NCBI GenBank assembly: GCA_963837955.1
Contig: CAWIPH010000002.1
Coordinates: forward strand, 960,001-1,024,000
Source of the DNA: an uncultured Verrucomicrobiae bacterium
GTDB lineage: Bacteria; Verrucomicrobiota; Verrucomicrobiia; Chthoniobacterales; JAFAMB01
Length of the DNA stretch: 64,000 nucleotides
Direction of reading: 5' to 3'
The notes beneath the pieces were generated by a model. The model worked only from the letters and a program-made list of their open reading frames with translations. It searched no databases and was not told the origin of the DNA. A program made the position numbers and the translations under genes. This document shows, in pieces, positions 11,025 to 21,160 of the stretch. Each line of letters opens with the position of its first letter. Position 1 is the first letter of the stretch.

Positions 11025-12082
11025 GCAAAGCGCGCCTCCTACTTGGCTTGTCATTAGTCGCTTTGCTGGTTTTCAGCCTTTTCGGAGAGTCACTAGTCGT
11101 AACTCGGTATGCTTACTACTACGACATTTTCATCAATATCGGCATTAACATCATCCTGGCGGTGAGCCTGAACTTAGTGAATGGCTACACTGGCCAGTTC
11201 TCACTTGGGCATGCCGGTTTTATGGCGGTTGGCGCCTATGCGGCGGCCAGCTGGTCGAATCATCTCGACCCTTTTATCCTGCAATGTTTTGGCGGAAACC
11301 AAAATGGATTCGCCACGAATGTGGCTCTGCTTTTATCGATGAGTTTTGGTGGCCTATTGGCAGCAATTGCGGGGATCGCGGTTGGTATTCCTTCGTTGCG
11401 ACTGAAAGGCGATTATCTAGCCATCGTCACGTTGGGATTCGGTGAGATTATTCGAACCGCAATCTTGAACACCGATTTTCTCGGCGCAGCTCGTGGACTG
11501 CGAGTTACCGGCTATTACACCAACTTTTTCTGGACCTTCGGGACGGCCGCGGTCGCGATTTATGTTGTTCTAGGCATCGTCAATTCCACGTTTGGACGCG
11601 GATTTTTAACGGTCCGGGACGATGAGATTGCCGCCGAAGCAATGGGCATCAATTCCACCAAGTACAAAGTGCTGGCTTTCGTAATCGGTGCGCTTTTTGC
11701 CGGGATGGCGGGCGCTTTGTTTGGTCATTTCAACCTGTTTCTTACCCCGGACGGATTTAACTTCTTTAAGTCAGTGGACGTCGTCGTGATGGTGATCCTC
11801 GGCGGAATGGGTAGTACCACCGGAGTTATCCTCGCTGCGATTATTTTGACAATTTTGCCGGAAATCCTCCGTGCGTTAGCGCATACCGATTTTATTTCGG
11901 CTTTCCAAGGTGCTCTCGAGTCCGTCGTAAAGATTCATTTGCCGCCGTTGCAGGGCCTGTTGGAAAACAGGATCATTCTCTACTCAGTGCTCCTGATCAT
12001 CATGATGCTCACGAGACCGCAAGGCCTCTTCGGCGATTTAGCTGGTTCCAGAAAGAGAGTGAAGAGCGAATCCCATGGCTAA
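11021..12082 (+). CDS. livM: Branched-chain amino acid ABC transporter permease
   Basis: SLNLVNGYTGQFSLGHAGF; LRLKGDYLAIVTLGFGEI. Confidence 0.95.
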   Translation: MSKARLLLGLSLVALLVFSLFGESLVVTRYAYYYDIFINIGINIILAVSLNLVNGYTGQFSLGHAGFMAVGAYAAASWSNHLDPFILQCFGGNQNGFATNVALLLSMSFGGLLAAIAGIAVGIPSLRLKGDYLAIVTLGFGEIIRTAILNTDFLGAARGLRVTGYYTNFFWTFGTAAVAIYVVLGIVNSTFGRGFLTVRDDEIAAEAMGINSTKYKVLAFVIGALFAGMAGALFGHFNLFLTPDGFNFFKSVDVVVMVILGGMGSTTGVILAAIILTILPEILRALAHTDFISAFQGALESVVKIHLPPLQGLLENRIILYSVLLIIMMLTRPQGLFGDLAGSRKRVKSESHG

Positions 12083-12094
12083 CGCATTTCTCTC

Positions 12095-12895
12095 ATGAAA
12101 GAGGGCCCAAGTCTGCTGCGCCTGGATCATTGCACGATTCGTTTTGGCGGGTTAACCGCTGTTTCGGATTTTGTTTTAGAAATTGGCAGCCGCGAGTTGG
12201 TAGGACTGATCGGACCGAACGGCGCCGGCAAAACAACTATCTTTAATCTGATAACAGGCGTGTACCAACCGACATCGGGTCAGATCATTTTTGCCGACGA
12301 ATCGCTGAATGGCCTCAAACCGTTCCAGATCACCGCAAAAGGGATCGCACGTACTTTTCAGAACATTCGCCTTTTTCCTTCGCTGACGGTTTTCGATAAT
12401 GTTCGCGCGGCCTTCAATCTTCGTATCAAGCATGGTCCGACTCATGCCTTGACCCGAGGACCGAAGTTTCGGGAGGAGGAAAAACAGGTTGAGCACGAAA
12501 CGATGGAGTTGCTTAAAATCTTTAACCTCGATCGCTTTCGCGATGCGATGTGCAAAAGCCTTCCTTACGGCGACCAACGTCGCTTGGAGATCGTTCGCGC
12601 CCTGGCAACCCGACCCCGATTGTTGCTCTTGGACGAGCCGGCCGCAGGGATGAATCCAACCGAAAAGGGAACGCTCATGCGGTTGATCGAATTCATTCAA
12701 GAGCGTTTCAATATCTCAGTCCTGCTGGTCGAGCATGATATGCGCGTAGTCATGGGGATTTGTCAGCGGATCTGTGTTTTAGACCATGGCGTCAAGATTG
12801 CCGAAGATTTACCTGAAGTTATCCGGAAGGATCCCAAAGTCATCCAAGCTTACCTCGGTGAGGAAAAGAAGCCGGAACCTAAAACGGAAAGTTAA
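12095..12895 (+). CDS. livG: Branched-chain amino acid ABC transporter ATPase
   Basis: [39 protein letters not shown]. Confidence 0.95.
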   Translation: MKEGPSLLRLDHCTIRFGGLTAVSDFVLEIGSRELVGLIGPNGAGKTTIFNLITGVYQPTSGQIIFADESLNGLKPFQITAKGIARTFQNIRLFPSLTVFDNVRAAFNLRIKHGPTHALTRGPKFREEEKQVEHETMELLKIFNLDRFRDAMCKSLPYGDQRRLEIVRALATRPRLLLLDEPAAGMNPTEKGTLMRLIEFIQERFNISVLLVEHDMRVVMGICQRICVLDHGVKIAEDLPEVIRKDPKVIQAYLGEEKKPEPKTES

Positions 12896-12930
12896 GAGTG
12901 CATTAGGTCGTCCAATCGAGAAAAGAGCGA

Positions 12931-13638
12931 ATGTTGGAAATCAAGAGCTTGGAAGTTGCCTATGGTTCAATCACGGCCTTGCACGGGATTAATCTACGGG
13001 TCGAGAAAGGCAAAATCATAACGCTAATAGGCAGTAACGGCGCCGGGAAATCGACCACCTTACGAGCTGTTTCTGGATTGATGAAAGCACGCGCGGGTAA
13101 GGTTTTTCTGGAGGGAGCGGAAATCACCAACCAACCGCCGCATAGAATTGTCGGGCTTGGAGTCATCCAGGTACCGGAAGGGAGGATGATCTTTCCGAAT
13201 CTCACGGTGGTAGAGAATCTGCGGATGGGTGCCTATCGGCGCCTTGGTAAAGAATCGTTGAAGCCCGACTATGAATACGTTTTCGCGATTTTTCCGCGCT
13301 TGAAGGAACGGGAGAAGCAACTAGGCGGAACGCTCAGCGGCGGGGAACAACAAATGTTGGCGATCGGCCGCGCGCTGCTCAGTAAGCCGCGCTATCTCAT
13401 GTTAGACGAACCCTCACTTGGGATTGCGCCCATTTTGGTAAAAACGATCTTTGAAAAGATCGTCGAAATCAATCGCCGGCTCGGCATTACGATATTGCTG
13501 GTCGAACAAAACGCTAATTTGGCTCTCGAAATCTCCGACTACGGTTATGTATTGGAGACCGGTCGAGTCATTTTGGAAGATCGCGCGAGGGATTTGCGAA
13601 CAAACAAGCTTGTTCTCGAATCTTATCTGGGAGCTTAG
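12931..13638 (+). CDS. livF: Branched-chain amino acid ABC transporter ATPase
   Basis: GSNGAGKST, LSGGEQQMLAIGRAL, LDEPSLG. Confidence 0.95.
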   Translation: MLEIKSLEVAYGSITALHGINLRVEKGKIITLIGSNGAGKSTTLRAVSGLMKARAGKVFLEGAEITNQPPHRIVGLGVIQVPEGRMIFPNLTVVENLRMGAYRRLGKESLKPDYEYVFAIFPRLKEREKQLGGTLSGGEQQMLAIGRALLSKPRYLMLDEPSLGIAPILVKTIFEKIVEINRRLGITILLVEQNANLALEISDYGYVLETGRVILEDRARDLRTNKLVLESYLGA

Positions 13639-13646
13639 CCCCGATC

Positions 13647-14074
13647 GGTAGGGCGAAAGCCTGATACCGTCTCAGCGGGATCGGCTTGAGCCGTTGTGAC
13701 TGTACCCAAGATGTTGTCGGTGGCCGAAGACTAACAGCCCACCCAAGGAAGGCCAAATCGGGGCCCATTCCACACAACGGCTCAAACCCGGCGCGGACCG
13801 CGTGACAAACCTGGCAACGTTTCCAGCGCGCCGAGGTTTTCGCCCTACCAGCGCTGGGCCACCACCCACGATCGGTAGGGCGAAAGCCTGATACCGTCTC
13901 AGCGGGATCGGCTTGAGCCGTTGTGGCTGTACCCAAGGTGCTGTCGACGGCCGAAGACTCATCACCCACCCAAGAAAGACGCATCAGGGACCATTCAACA
14001 CAATGGCTCAAACCCGGCGCGGACCACCCAACAAACATCGCAATGATCCAGCGCGCCGAGCTTTTCGCCCTACC
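13647..14074. repeat. Two tandem ~200-bp REPIN-like units (family 1): 13647-13849 and 13874-14074
   Basis: Each unit bounded by GGTAGGGCGAAA...TTTCGCCCTACC with internal hairpins; near-identical to units at 39195-39604. Confidence 0.9.
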
Positions 14075-14174
14075 GATACCGTTAACCGGCGCCGCGCGAG
14101 AAAAAATCTGTGGCAAGGAGACGATGAACCGTGAACCGTGAACGGCTAACCTCTAACCGCCAATCTTCCGCCCA

Positions 14175-16166
14175 ATGCCCCGCGATTACCAACTGCACAG
14201 ACTGCCCTCGGTTAGTACCAGCACCATCGATTATCGCGCTGAACTGAACGATCAACAGTATGAAGCCGTCACCTCGGGACCGGGCCCGGCACTCGTACTT
14301 GCCGGGGCCGGGAGCGGAAAGACTCGGACGCTTACCTATCGGGTCGCGTGGCTGCTCGATAACGGCGTCGAACCGCAGAGTATCCTGCTTCTCACTTTTA
14401 CAAACAAGGCTGCTCGCGAAATGCTTGCTCGCGTCCAGGCGTTGCTCCCACTGGAGACCCGGGCGATTTGGGGTGGGACATTTCACTCGATCGGCAACCG
14501 GTTGCTGCGCCGGCACGCAGTAGAAATCGGGTTTCGACCCGGTTTTTCGATTATGGATCGCGAAGATCAGGAGGATCTATTGGCTGCGGTCGTTGCCAGT
14601 TCGGAAATCGATACGAAGCAAGTCAGATTCCCGACGGCCGAGGTGCTGGGCGACATATTTAGCTTCGCCCTGAATACCGGCCAACCTTTAGCAGGGGTTA
14701 TCGCTGATCGATATCGGCGCTTCCAACCGCTCACTCAGCAAATTGCTTGGGTGCAAAAAAAGTACGAGGAGCGCAAGCAAGCTGCGAACGCGATGGATTT
14801 CGACGACCTGCTGGTGAAGACAGTCGGCTTGCTGAAAGGAAATCCGGGCGTTGCGGAACACTACCAGCGCTATTTTCAATTCATTTTGGTCGACGAGTAC
14901 CAGGATACCAATCGGCTCCAGTCCGATTTCATCGATCTGTTAGCCGCGCATCACCAGAGCGTCATGGTCGTAGGGGACGATGCCCAGTCGATCTACTCGT
15001 GGCGAGGAGCAAATTATCAAAACATTCTCGATTTTCCCAAGCGGTATCCTCAGACCAAAATCTACAAAATTGAGATCAACTACCGCAGTGTGCCAGAGGT
15101 CCTATCGGTGGCAAATGCCGCCATCCGCGGGAACGCGAAACAATTCGTTAAGACGCTTCGAGCGGAGCGGGCGAGCACCGAGCTCAAACCAGCGCTGGTT
15201 CCGCTCATTGATAACAATCAACAGGCTCTCTTTGTTGCCCAGCGGATCCTAGAACTGCGGGATGAAAACATCGATCTTCGAGAGATTGCGGTCCTTTATC
15301 GCGCACACTATCAGTCGCTCGAAGTACAATTGGCGCTGACCCGGGCGGGGATTCCATTCTCCATAACGAGTGGCTTACGATTCTTCGAACAGGCCCATAT
15401 CAAAGATGTGGCCGCATTCATGAAATTTGTCATTAACCCAACCGACGAGATTGCCTTTAAACGGATGGCGCGGTTGCTGCCGGGCATCGCTACTAAAACT
15501 GCCGAGCGGTTATGGGAACAGCTTACCGTTATCCCGGAGGAAGGTCGCAAGAACTTTGGGGCGTGGCTGGCAAATGGGAAAGTGGCGCCAAAGTCCCAAA
15601 GGAGTTGGGAGCAACTGGGTCATACTTTGGACGAAATTGCTCCCGACGGGCAACCGGTCGCACCGGCCACTATGATTCATAGCATCTTGGAGGCGCTTTA
15701 TGATGATTATCTTCAGTCGAAATATGCCAACTATGAACAACGCCGAGATGATCTGCTGACGCTGGAGAATTTTGCGCGGACGTTTCAAGATCCCGTGGAG
15801 TTCCTAAGTCAGCTTTCTTTGATGGCGACAGCCAGCAGCGAAACCGTCGCGGCCGAAGAAGATGAATCGGAAAAGGTGACGCTCTCAACTGTCCATCAGG
15901 CCAAGGGCTTGGAGTGGCGGGCAGTCTTCATCATTTGGATGACCGATGGCATGTTTCCGAGCGGACGGTCGCTGGACTCGGTAGAAGCGATCGAGGAAGA
16001 GCGAAGGCTCTTTTACGTCGCTTTAACGCGAGCAAAAGACGAGCTCTACCTTACCTATCCTTGCTGTTGGCCCACCGGATCGATCGAGCAGCAGATCCAG
16101 CGACCCTCCCGTTTTCTTAAAGAAGTTCCCTCGGAGCTTTTTGAAGAATGGCGAGTGGGCTTTTGA
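14175..16166 (+). CDS. ATP-dependent DNA helicase, UvrD/PcrA family
   Basis: LAGAGSGKT, TFTNKAA, VDEYQDTN, VGDDAQSIYSWRGA, STVHQAKGLEW, EERRLFYVALTRAK. Confidence 0.97.
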   Translation: MPRDYQLHRLPSVSTSTIDYRAELNDQQYEAVTSGPGPALVLAGAGSGKTRTLTYRVAWLLDNGVEPQSILLLTFTNKAAREMLARVQALLPLETRAIWGGTFHSIGNRLLRRHAVEIGFRPGFSIMDREDQEDLLAAVVASSEIDTKQVRFPTAEVLGDIFSFALNTGQPLAGVIADRYRRFQPLTQQIAWVQKKYEERKQAANAMDFDDLLVKTVGLLKGNPGVAEHYQRYFQFILVDEYQDTNRLQSDFIDLLAAHHQSVMVVGDDAQSIYSWRGANYQNILDFPKRYPQTKIYKIEINYRSVPEVLSVANAAIRGNAKQFVKTLRAERASTELKPALVPLIDNNQQALFVAQRILELRDENIDLREIAVLYRAHYQSLEVQLALTRAGIPFSITSGLRFFEQAHIKDVAAFMKFVINPTDEIAFKRMARLLPGIATKTAERLWEQLTVIPEEGRKNFGAWLANGKVAPKSQRSWEQLGHTLDEIAPDGQPVAPATMIHSILEALYDDYLQSKYANYEQRRDDLLTLENFARTFQDPVEFLSQLSLMATASSETVAAEEDESEKVTLSTVHQAKGLEWRAVFIIWMTDGMFPSGRSLDSVEAIEEERRLFYVALTRAKDELYLTYPCCWPTGSIEQQIQRPSRFLKEVPSELFEEWRVGF

Positions 16167-16240
16167 CGGCGCGGGGCCAACTTGTTACTGTCGTTTTGGC
16201 GCACCGTCGAAAAACCGGCGCGTCTTGTGTTTAGTCCGAA

Positions 16241-17278
16241 GTGAAGCGGTACATACGAGCAATTTACGCCCCCGTGGTAGGCGTTCCCTGGAGCAATCAG
16301 GAGCTTTTCAACGCAATCCAAACTTCGTTAGAACGTTGGCTGGACGCGCAGGAGAGGAAGACCTTGCTGGATCTGATCCGCCTATTTTTGATCGGTTCGC
16401 GGAGCCGTTACGTCCAGTGCCCTGATTTCTTGGATTTCAATTCTTTTGAAGACCACGCTAGAGCCTTCGATAGTGCCGCGGAAGATTCGCTTCGGGGATT
16501 GGCTGTTGAGGTTGCCAAGAATGGACCCGCTCAGTTTGATGCGGTTATCGCGGTATCGAGCACCGGCTTGTCAATGCCCGGTTTAGCCGACCGGACAGCG
16601 AACATTGTCCGAGATCGCGTGAGTCGGCACGCGATCTTACTCGATGTGGCTAATGCGGGTTGTACCGGCAGTTCGCGGGCGCTTCAGATTGGGGCGAACT
16701 TAGGACCGGAAGTTCGAGACATCCTCATCGTTGTCGTAGAACCAACTTCGACTCTAGCCGATCCCAGATCGTTGGAACGAGCGAATTGGCAAGGTATTTG
16801 TACCTTCGGAGATGGAGCAGCCGGCCTTTGGTTATCATCCGAGCCAGGTACCGGCGCGGCCCAGCTGGAGAATATTGTTTCCTGGCACGGTAATGAACCA
16901 GACCTGATCCGGTGGGAAAAAGGATCTAACTACTATCGATTTGGATTAACTGACCCGGATGCATTTGAAAAGAGTGTGCGACGCGAAATCCTTGAGGCGA
17001 GCGCCCAAATCGGTTGGAACAAAAAGGCCGGCTCGCTCTGTGCAGTCCACCCCGCCGGAATCATGCTCTTGCTGAGCTTAGCCAAGAAGCTTGAGCTTGA
17101 TCGTGCTACGCTGGAGCCCTCGATTCGGCATTTTAGAACTTTTTCCAATATGAGCAGCGCGAGCATCTTACACATTTTGCACGAGCTGTTGACTATCGCT
17201 CATTCCGGCCAAGAAGTTCGCTGGTTAACTATGGGAACGGGATTTCATGTGGTTTATGGCCTTTGTACCAAACTTTAA
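16241..17278 (+). CDS. Type III polyketide synthase (chalcone-synthase-like ketosynthase)
   Basis: Cys-His-Asn triad contexts NAGCTGS, VHPAG and SNMSSAS; also VSSTG and FGDGAAG; GTG start. Confidence 0.82.
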   Translation: MKRYIRAIYAPVVGVPWSNQELFNAIQTSLERWLDAQERKTLLDLIRLFLIGSRSRYVQCPDFLDFNSFEDHARAFDSAAEDSLRGLAVEVAKNGPAQFDAVIAVSSTGLSMPGLADRTANIVRDRVSRHAILLDVANAGCTGSSRALQIGANLGPEVRDILIVVVEPTSTLADPRSLERANWQGICTFGDGAAGLWLSSEPGTGAAQLENIVSWHGNEPDLIRWEKGSNYYRFGLTDPDAFEKSVRREILEASAQIGWNKKAGSLCAVHPAGIMLLLSLAKKLELDRATLEPSIRHFRTFSNMSSASILHILHELLTIAHSGQEVRWLTMGTGFHVVYGLCTKL

Positions 17279-17287
17279 GGGCCAAAT

Positions 17288-17557
17288 ATGATTCAACGAG
17301 AAGCCGTTCTCGCGGCTATGAAAGAGTTCATTACCGCCCATTTCCCGACGGTTCCGGCGGACCGAATCGAGTCGCTGTGTGCCGGCGACGTAATCAGGCA
17401 GAGCCTTGAGCTGGTGGAATTTGTGTTGCACTTGGAAGAGCGGCTCGGAGTCGAAGTAAACATCAATCAACTTGGCGAGAACCTCATTGTGCAAAACTTT
17501 GGTAGTTTGGCGGACGAGCTGGTAAGGCTCTCGGCCGGCGATGGACGTGGAGGGTGA
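17288..17557 (+). CDS. Acyl carrier protein-like
   Basis: 89 aa, acidic; QSLELVEFVLHLEERLGV matches the ACP (D)SL..VE...LEE.FG pattern; 9 nt after the PKS stop. Confidence 0.78.
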   Translation: MIQREAVLAAMKEFITAHFPTVPADRIESLCAGDVIRQSLELVEFVLHLEERLGVEVNINQLGENLIVQNFGSLADELVRLSAGDGRGG

Positions 17558-17573
17558 GGCGATTCCCTTGAAG

Positions 17574-17766
17574 GGTAGGGCGAAGGCCTGAGGCGGTATC
17601 AGCCGCGTCGGCTTGAGCCGCTTCTCTGCCGCCGTCTCGATTTATCCATATTCATCCTGCGCTAACAAATGGACCAATAAGGTTGGGATACACGCGGCTC
17701 AAACCCGGCGCGATTCACACAACAGACCCTGCAGCGCTTCTAACGCGCCGAGGTTTTCTCCCTACC
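17574..17766. repeat. REPIN-like unit (family 1)
   Basis: ggtagggcgaaggcctgaggcggtatcagccgcgtcggcttgagccg ... cggctcaaacccggcgcg..cgcgccgaggttttctccctacc. Confidence 0.88.
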
Positions 17767-17852
17767 GACGTTGGACGTTTCTGCAATACCGGGGCGCAAT
17801 TAATTGCTTGCGTCCGAGAGGTTCTCCCATATCTTCACCACTCCTGAGAACT

Positions 17853-18113
17853 ATGGCCACGAGTGAAAATATTGATCTGAGCGCGTTTCGGTTGCACGAT
17901 AAGGACACCGGTAGTGCGGATGTCCAAGTTGCACTGCTGACTGGTCGGATTAATCTGCTGACCGAACACCTGAAAGGGAATCGGAAAGACCATTCCTCGC
18001 GGAGGGGTTTGTTGAAGTTGGTGGCAACACGCAGGAGCCTGCTCGACTACCTGAAACGGGAGTCGGAAGACCGCTACAAATCGGTAATCGAAAAGCTCAA
18101 CCTGCGTAAGTAA
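17853..18113 (+). CDS. rpsO: 30S ribosomal protein S15
   Basis: [32 protein letters not shown]; start at ATG 17853 (86 aa). Confidence 0.98.
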   Translation: MATSENIDLSAFRLHDKDTGSADVQVALLTGRINLLTEHLKGNRKDHSSRRGLLKLVATRRSLLDYLKRESEDRYKSVIEKLNLRK

Positions 18114-18122
18114 ATGAACATG

Positions 18123-18148
18123 AGAGCCGTCCGGTCGGACGGCTTTTT
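18123..18148 (+). terminator. Intrinsic terminator/attenuator after rpsO
   Basis: agagccgtcc-ggtc-ggacggcttttt. Confidence 0.75.
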
Positions 18149-18383
18149 GCTGAACGGCTCTATTCTCCGGTCGGGAGACAGCTCTACCTGTCGCCGGGTT
18201 TGGTCGCTATTGGACGTTCGACCTATCAGCAACTGGCGTTTCGACGAAAGTCGAGCGACATTTCGAACGATATTCTCGAGGTCTTCCGAATGGCGACCTT
18301 GGTCTTAGGTCTGAGCCGCGCCTGTGCGCGCGGTTCTGACCTACGAGCAAAGGTCGACGCGGAAACTCGAGAGCTTTGATAAA

Positions 18384-20522
18384 ATGGAATCTAAAGTCTC
18401 GAAAGTTATTGGGTCAGCCGATCTCACGATATCGACTGGCAAACTGGCAAAACTTGCCGACGGCTCCGTGACCGTTCGTTCCGGAGATACGCTTATATTA
18501 GTGGCGGCCGTCTCGGCCACCAGTGTGAAGGAGGGTCAGGATTTTTTTCCGCTTACTGTAGACTACCGCGAAAAGGCAGCCGCAGTGGGCAAATTCCCAG
18601 GTGGTTATTTCAAGCGAGAAGGTCGTCCCTCTGAGAAAGAAACGCTTACCTCGCGAATGACAGACCGTCCCCTTCGCCCGTTGTTTCCGAAGGGTTATTT
18701 CTACGATACGCAGGTAATCAGCGTTCTTCTCAGCGCCGACGGTGAGAATGATCCTGATATTCTAAGCATCACGGGCGCTTCGGCTGCACTCTCGATCTCC
18801 GACATCCCATTCGCGGGGCCGATCGGTGCAGTGCGGGTCGGGCGAGTGAATGGCGAATTCGTTGTTAATCCGACTCACACTCAACGCCAACAGAGCGATC
18901 TTGATTTGGTCTATGTCGGTACTGCCGAAGAGGTCGTGATGATTGAGGGTGCGGCGAACGAAATCTCAGAAGAAGAATTCATCCGAGCACTTGAGTTTGC
19001 TCAACCGTTTGTCCGCGAGATTGTGGACATGCAAAAGGAACTTGTGGCAAGAGCGGGTAAGCCGAAACGAGAACCAGAATTGCTTACGGTCCGAGATGAT
19101 TTGCTCGAAATAGCTTACCAGGTTGCTGGCGATCGAATCGAAGCAGCGCTCTACACGCCAGGCAAAGTTGCTCGCAGCAAGGCTGTTGACGCACTGCGAA
19201 AGGAAGTCGACTCAACGATTCTGGCAAAGTTTCCGGACGCTACGCCGTTCGAAATTTCCCAGGCGTTCGACTACTTACAGAAAAAGGCGTTTCGAGTCAG
19301 CATCCTCGATAAGAAAACGCGCTGCGATGGTCGCGGTCTGCACGAATTACGATCGCTCAGCGGCGAGGTTGGTTTGCTTCCTCGGTCGCACGGTTCTGCC
19401 CTTTTCCAACGAGGAGAGACCCAGGCATTGGCGCTGGCTACTCTGGCCTCCGCCGAGGAAGCCCAGATGATTGATGCCTACACCGGAGGAGATCCGAGTA
19501 AGCGATTCATTTTGCATTACAATTTTCCGCCGTTCAGCGTGGGTGAGACTGGTAGATTTGGCAGCACCAGCCGGCGCGAAATCGGACATGGCGCGCTGGC
19601 CGAACGTTCGATTGCTCCGGTCATTCCTTCGGAGTCGGAGTTCCCTTACGCTATCCGCGTGACCAGCGAAGTGATGGAATCGAATGGTTCAACCTCGATG
19701 GCGACGGTTTGTTCTGGTGTAATGGCACTAATGGACGCCGGTGTCCCGATTCGTAAACCGGTTGGCGGTATCTCCGTCGGGTTGGTCACCGAATACGAGG
19801 GCGATCGCCTCGCGCGCTACACCACCCTCACTGATATTATTGGGTCCGAAGATCATTTCGGCGACATGGACTTCAAACTGTGCGGTACCCGAGATGGCGT
19901 TACCGGATTTCAACTCGATTTGAAGCTCCGTGGAATTTCTCATGCAATCATGTCTGAGGCGATTCACGAGGCCCGTGATGCGCGCATGAAGGTTCTCGAC
20001 TTCATGAGCGAAGCGATTCAGGCGCCCAGGAAAGAACTCAGCCAGTATGCGCCGCGCATTGAAACGGTGAAGATTCATCCGGATAAGATCGGGCTGCTCA
20101 TTGGACCTGGTGGCAAGACGATCAAAGGGATTGTAGCCGAAACGGGTGCAGAGATTAATATCGATGACGACGGTTCCGTTCACATCTATTCAGCCAGTCG
20201 TGATAGCTTGAACCGCGCGAAAGAGATCATCTCGGGAATGACCAAGGAAATCGAGGTAGGCGAGAGCTATCACGGGCGCGTTGTTTCGATCAAGGATTTC
20301 GGCGCGTTTATAGAAGTATTGCCGGGCAAGGACGGGCTCGTTCACATTTCCGAATTAGCAGATTTTCGGGTAAAGAGTGTCGAGGACGTGGTGAAGGTAG
20401 GCGATTTGGTTTGGGTGAAATGCATAGGGATTGACGAGAAGGGACGCGTCAAATTGAGTCGCAAGGCGGCGATGAAAGAACGCAACGCCGAGGCCGAGTC
20501 CGCTCTTCAGCAAGAAGCTTAG
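18384..20522 (+). CDS. pnp: Polyribonucleotide nucleotidyltransferase (PNPase)
   Basis: [41 protein letters not shown] and S1 domains; start at ATG 18384. Confidence 0.99.
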   Translation: MESKVSKVIGSADLTISTGKLAKLADGSVTVRSGDTLILVAAVSATSVKEGQDFFPLTVDYREKAAAVGKFPGGYFKREGRPSEKETLTSRMTDRPLRPLFPKGYFYDTQVISVLLSADGENDPDILSITGASAALSISDIPFAGPIGAVRVGRVNGEFVVNPTHTQRQQSDLDLVYVGTAEEVVMIEGAANEISEEEFIRALEFAQPFVREIVDMQKELVARAGKPKREPELLTVRDDLLEIAYQVAGDRIEAALYTPGKVARSKAVDALRKEVDSTILAKFPDATPFEISQAFDYLQKKAFRVSILDKKTRCDGRGLHELRSLSGEVGLLPRSHGSALFQRGETQALALATLASAEEAQMIDAYTGGDPSKRFILHYNFPPFSVGETGRFGSTSRREIGHGALAERSIAPVIPSESEFPYAIRVTSEVMESNGSTSMATVCSGVMALMDAGVPIRKPVGGISVGLVTEYEGDRLARYTTLTDIIGSEDHFGDMDFKLCGTRDGVTGFQLDLKLRGISHAIMSEAIHEARDARMKVLDFMSEAIQAPRKELSQYAPRIETVKIHPDKIGLLIGPGGKTIKGIVAETGAEINIDDDGSVHIYSASRDSLNRAKEIISGMTKEIEVGESYHGRVVSIKDFGAFIEVLPGKDGLVHISELADFRVKSVEDVVKVGDLVWVKCIGIDEKGRVKLSRKAAMKERNAEAESALQQEA

Positions 20523-20622
20523 CCGATCCAGAATTCAGAATCTGGAAGCCAGGATCTGAATTTCCCGAATACCCGATGGGCGCCGCTCGCCCATTCGGGG
20601 TAGGGCGGAAACCCCCAGGAAA

Positions 20623-20791
20623 GGTAGGGCGAAAGCCTGAGGCGGTATCAGCCGCGTCGGCTTGAGCCGCTTCTCTGCCCGACGTATCGCATTACTCCGT
20701 TTTCGGCCTGCGCTGACAAATGACCAACAACGACGGGGCGCACGCGGCTCAAGCCGACGCGGCTGATACCGCCTCAGGCTTTCGCCCTACC
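20623..20791. repeat. REPIN-like unit (family 1) with perfect 48-bp terminal inverted repeats
   Basis: 20623-20670 is the exact reverse complement of 20744-20791. Confidence 0.92.
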
Positions 20792-21160
20792 CGTCGTGTC
20801 CGTCCGCAGCTTCAGCGAAGGAGGAAGCGTTGTACGTAGTCGGGTTTTCGGGCTGCCACCGTGATGGGTGATGCACGCCGATCGAATCTTCCGACAGGTG
20901 CCTCTCTCGACGTCCCTTTTCTGTTGGAAAATGTCATTTGACGCACCCTTTCGTCCGCAGCTAGTGAGTATTCGTGGCGGGCACGACAATCGATCAAGAA
21001 ATTGGTTGCGTAAGCACTCGAACGCAATATTCTCGATCGCCATTGGATTTCCGACCACGAGGTTTGAAAACGATTTTCTCAATCCCCAACATTTTGCTTC
21101 AACTCGGATCCGGCCGCGAAAGTGGTTGGTGCGGATCGGAGTAGGTGATTTCGCCGACGA

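Noticed and set aside
13568..14141. ORFs over the repeat arrays (13568-14116, 13672-13965, 39156-39512, 39491-40225 and others)
   Set aside because: Translations of palindromic repeats; repeated peptide text and no domain signature
17613..17852. 80-aa N-terminal extension on S15
   Set aside because: Lies largely in a REPIN; S15 homology begins at ATG 17853
21006..21027. TTGCGT-N10-ACGCAA palindrome upstream of actA as an operator
   Set aside because: Only 6-bp arms, a single instance and no match to FNR; cannot be separated from chance
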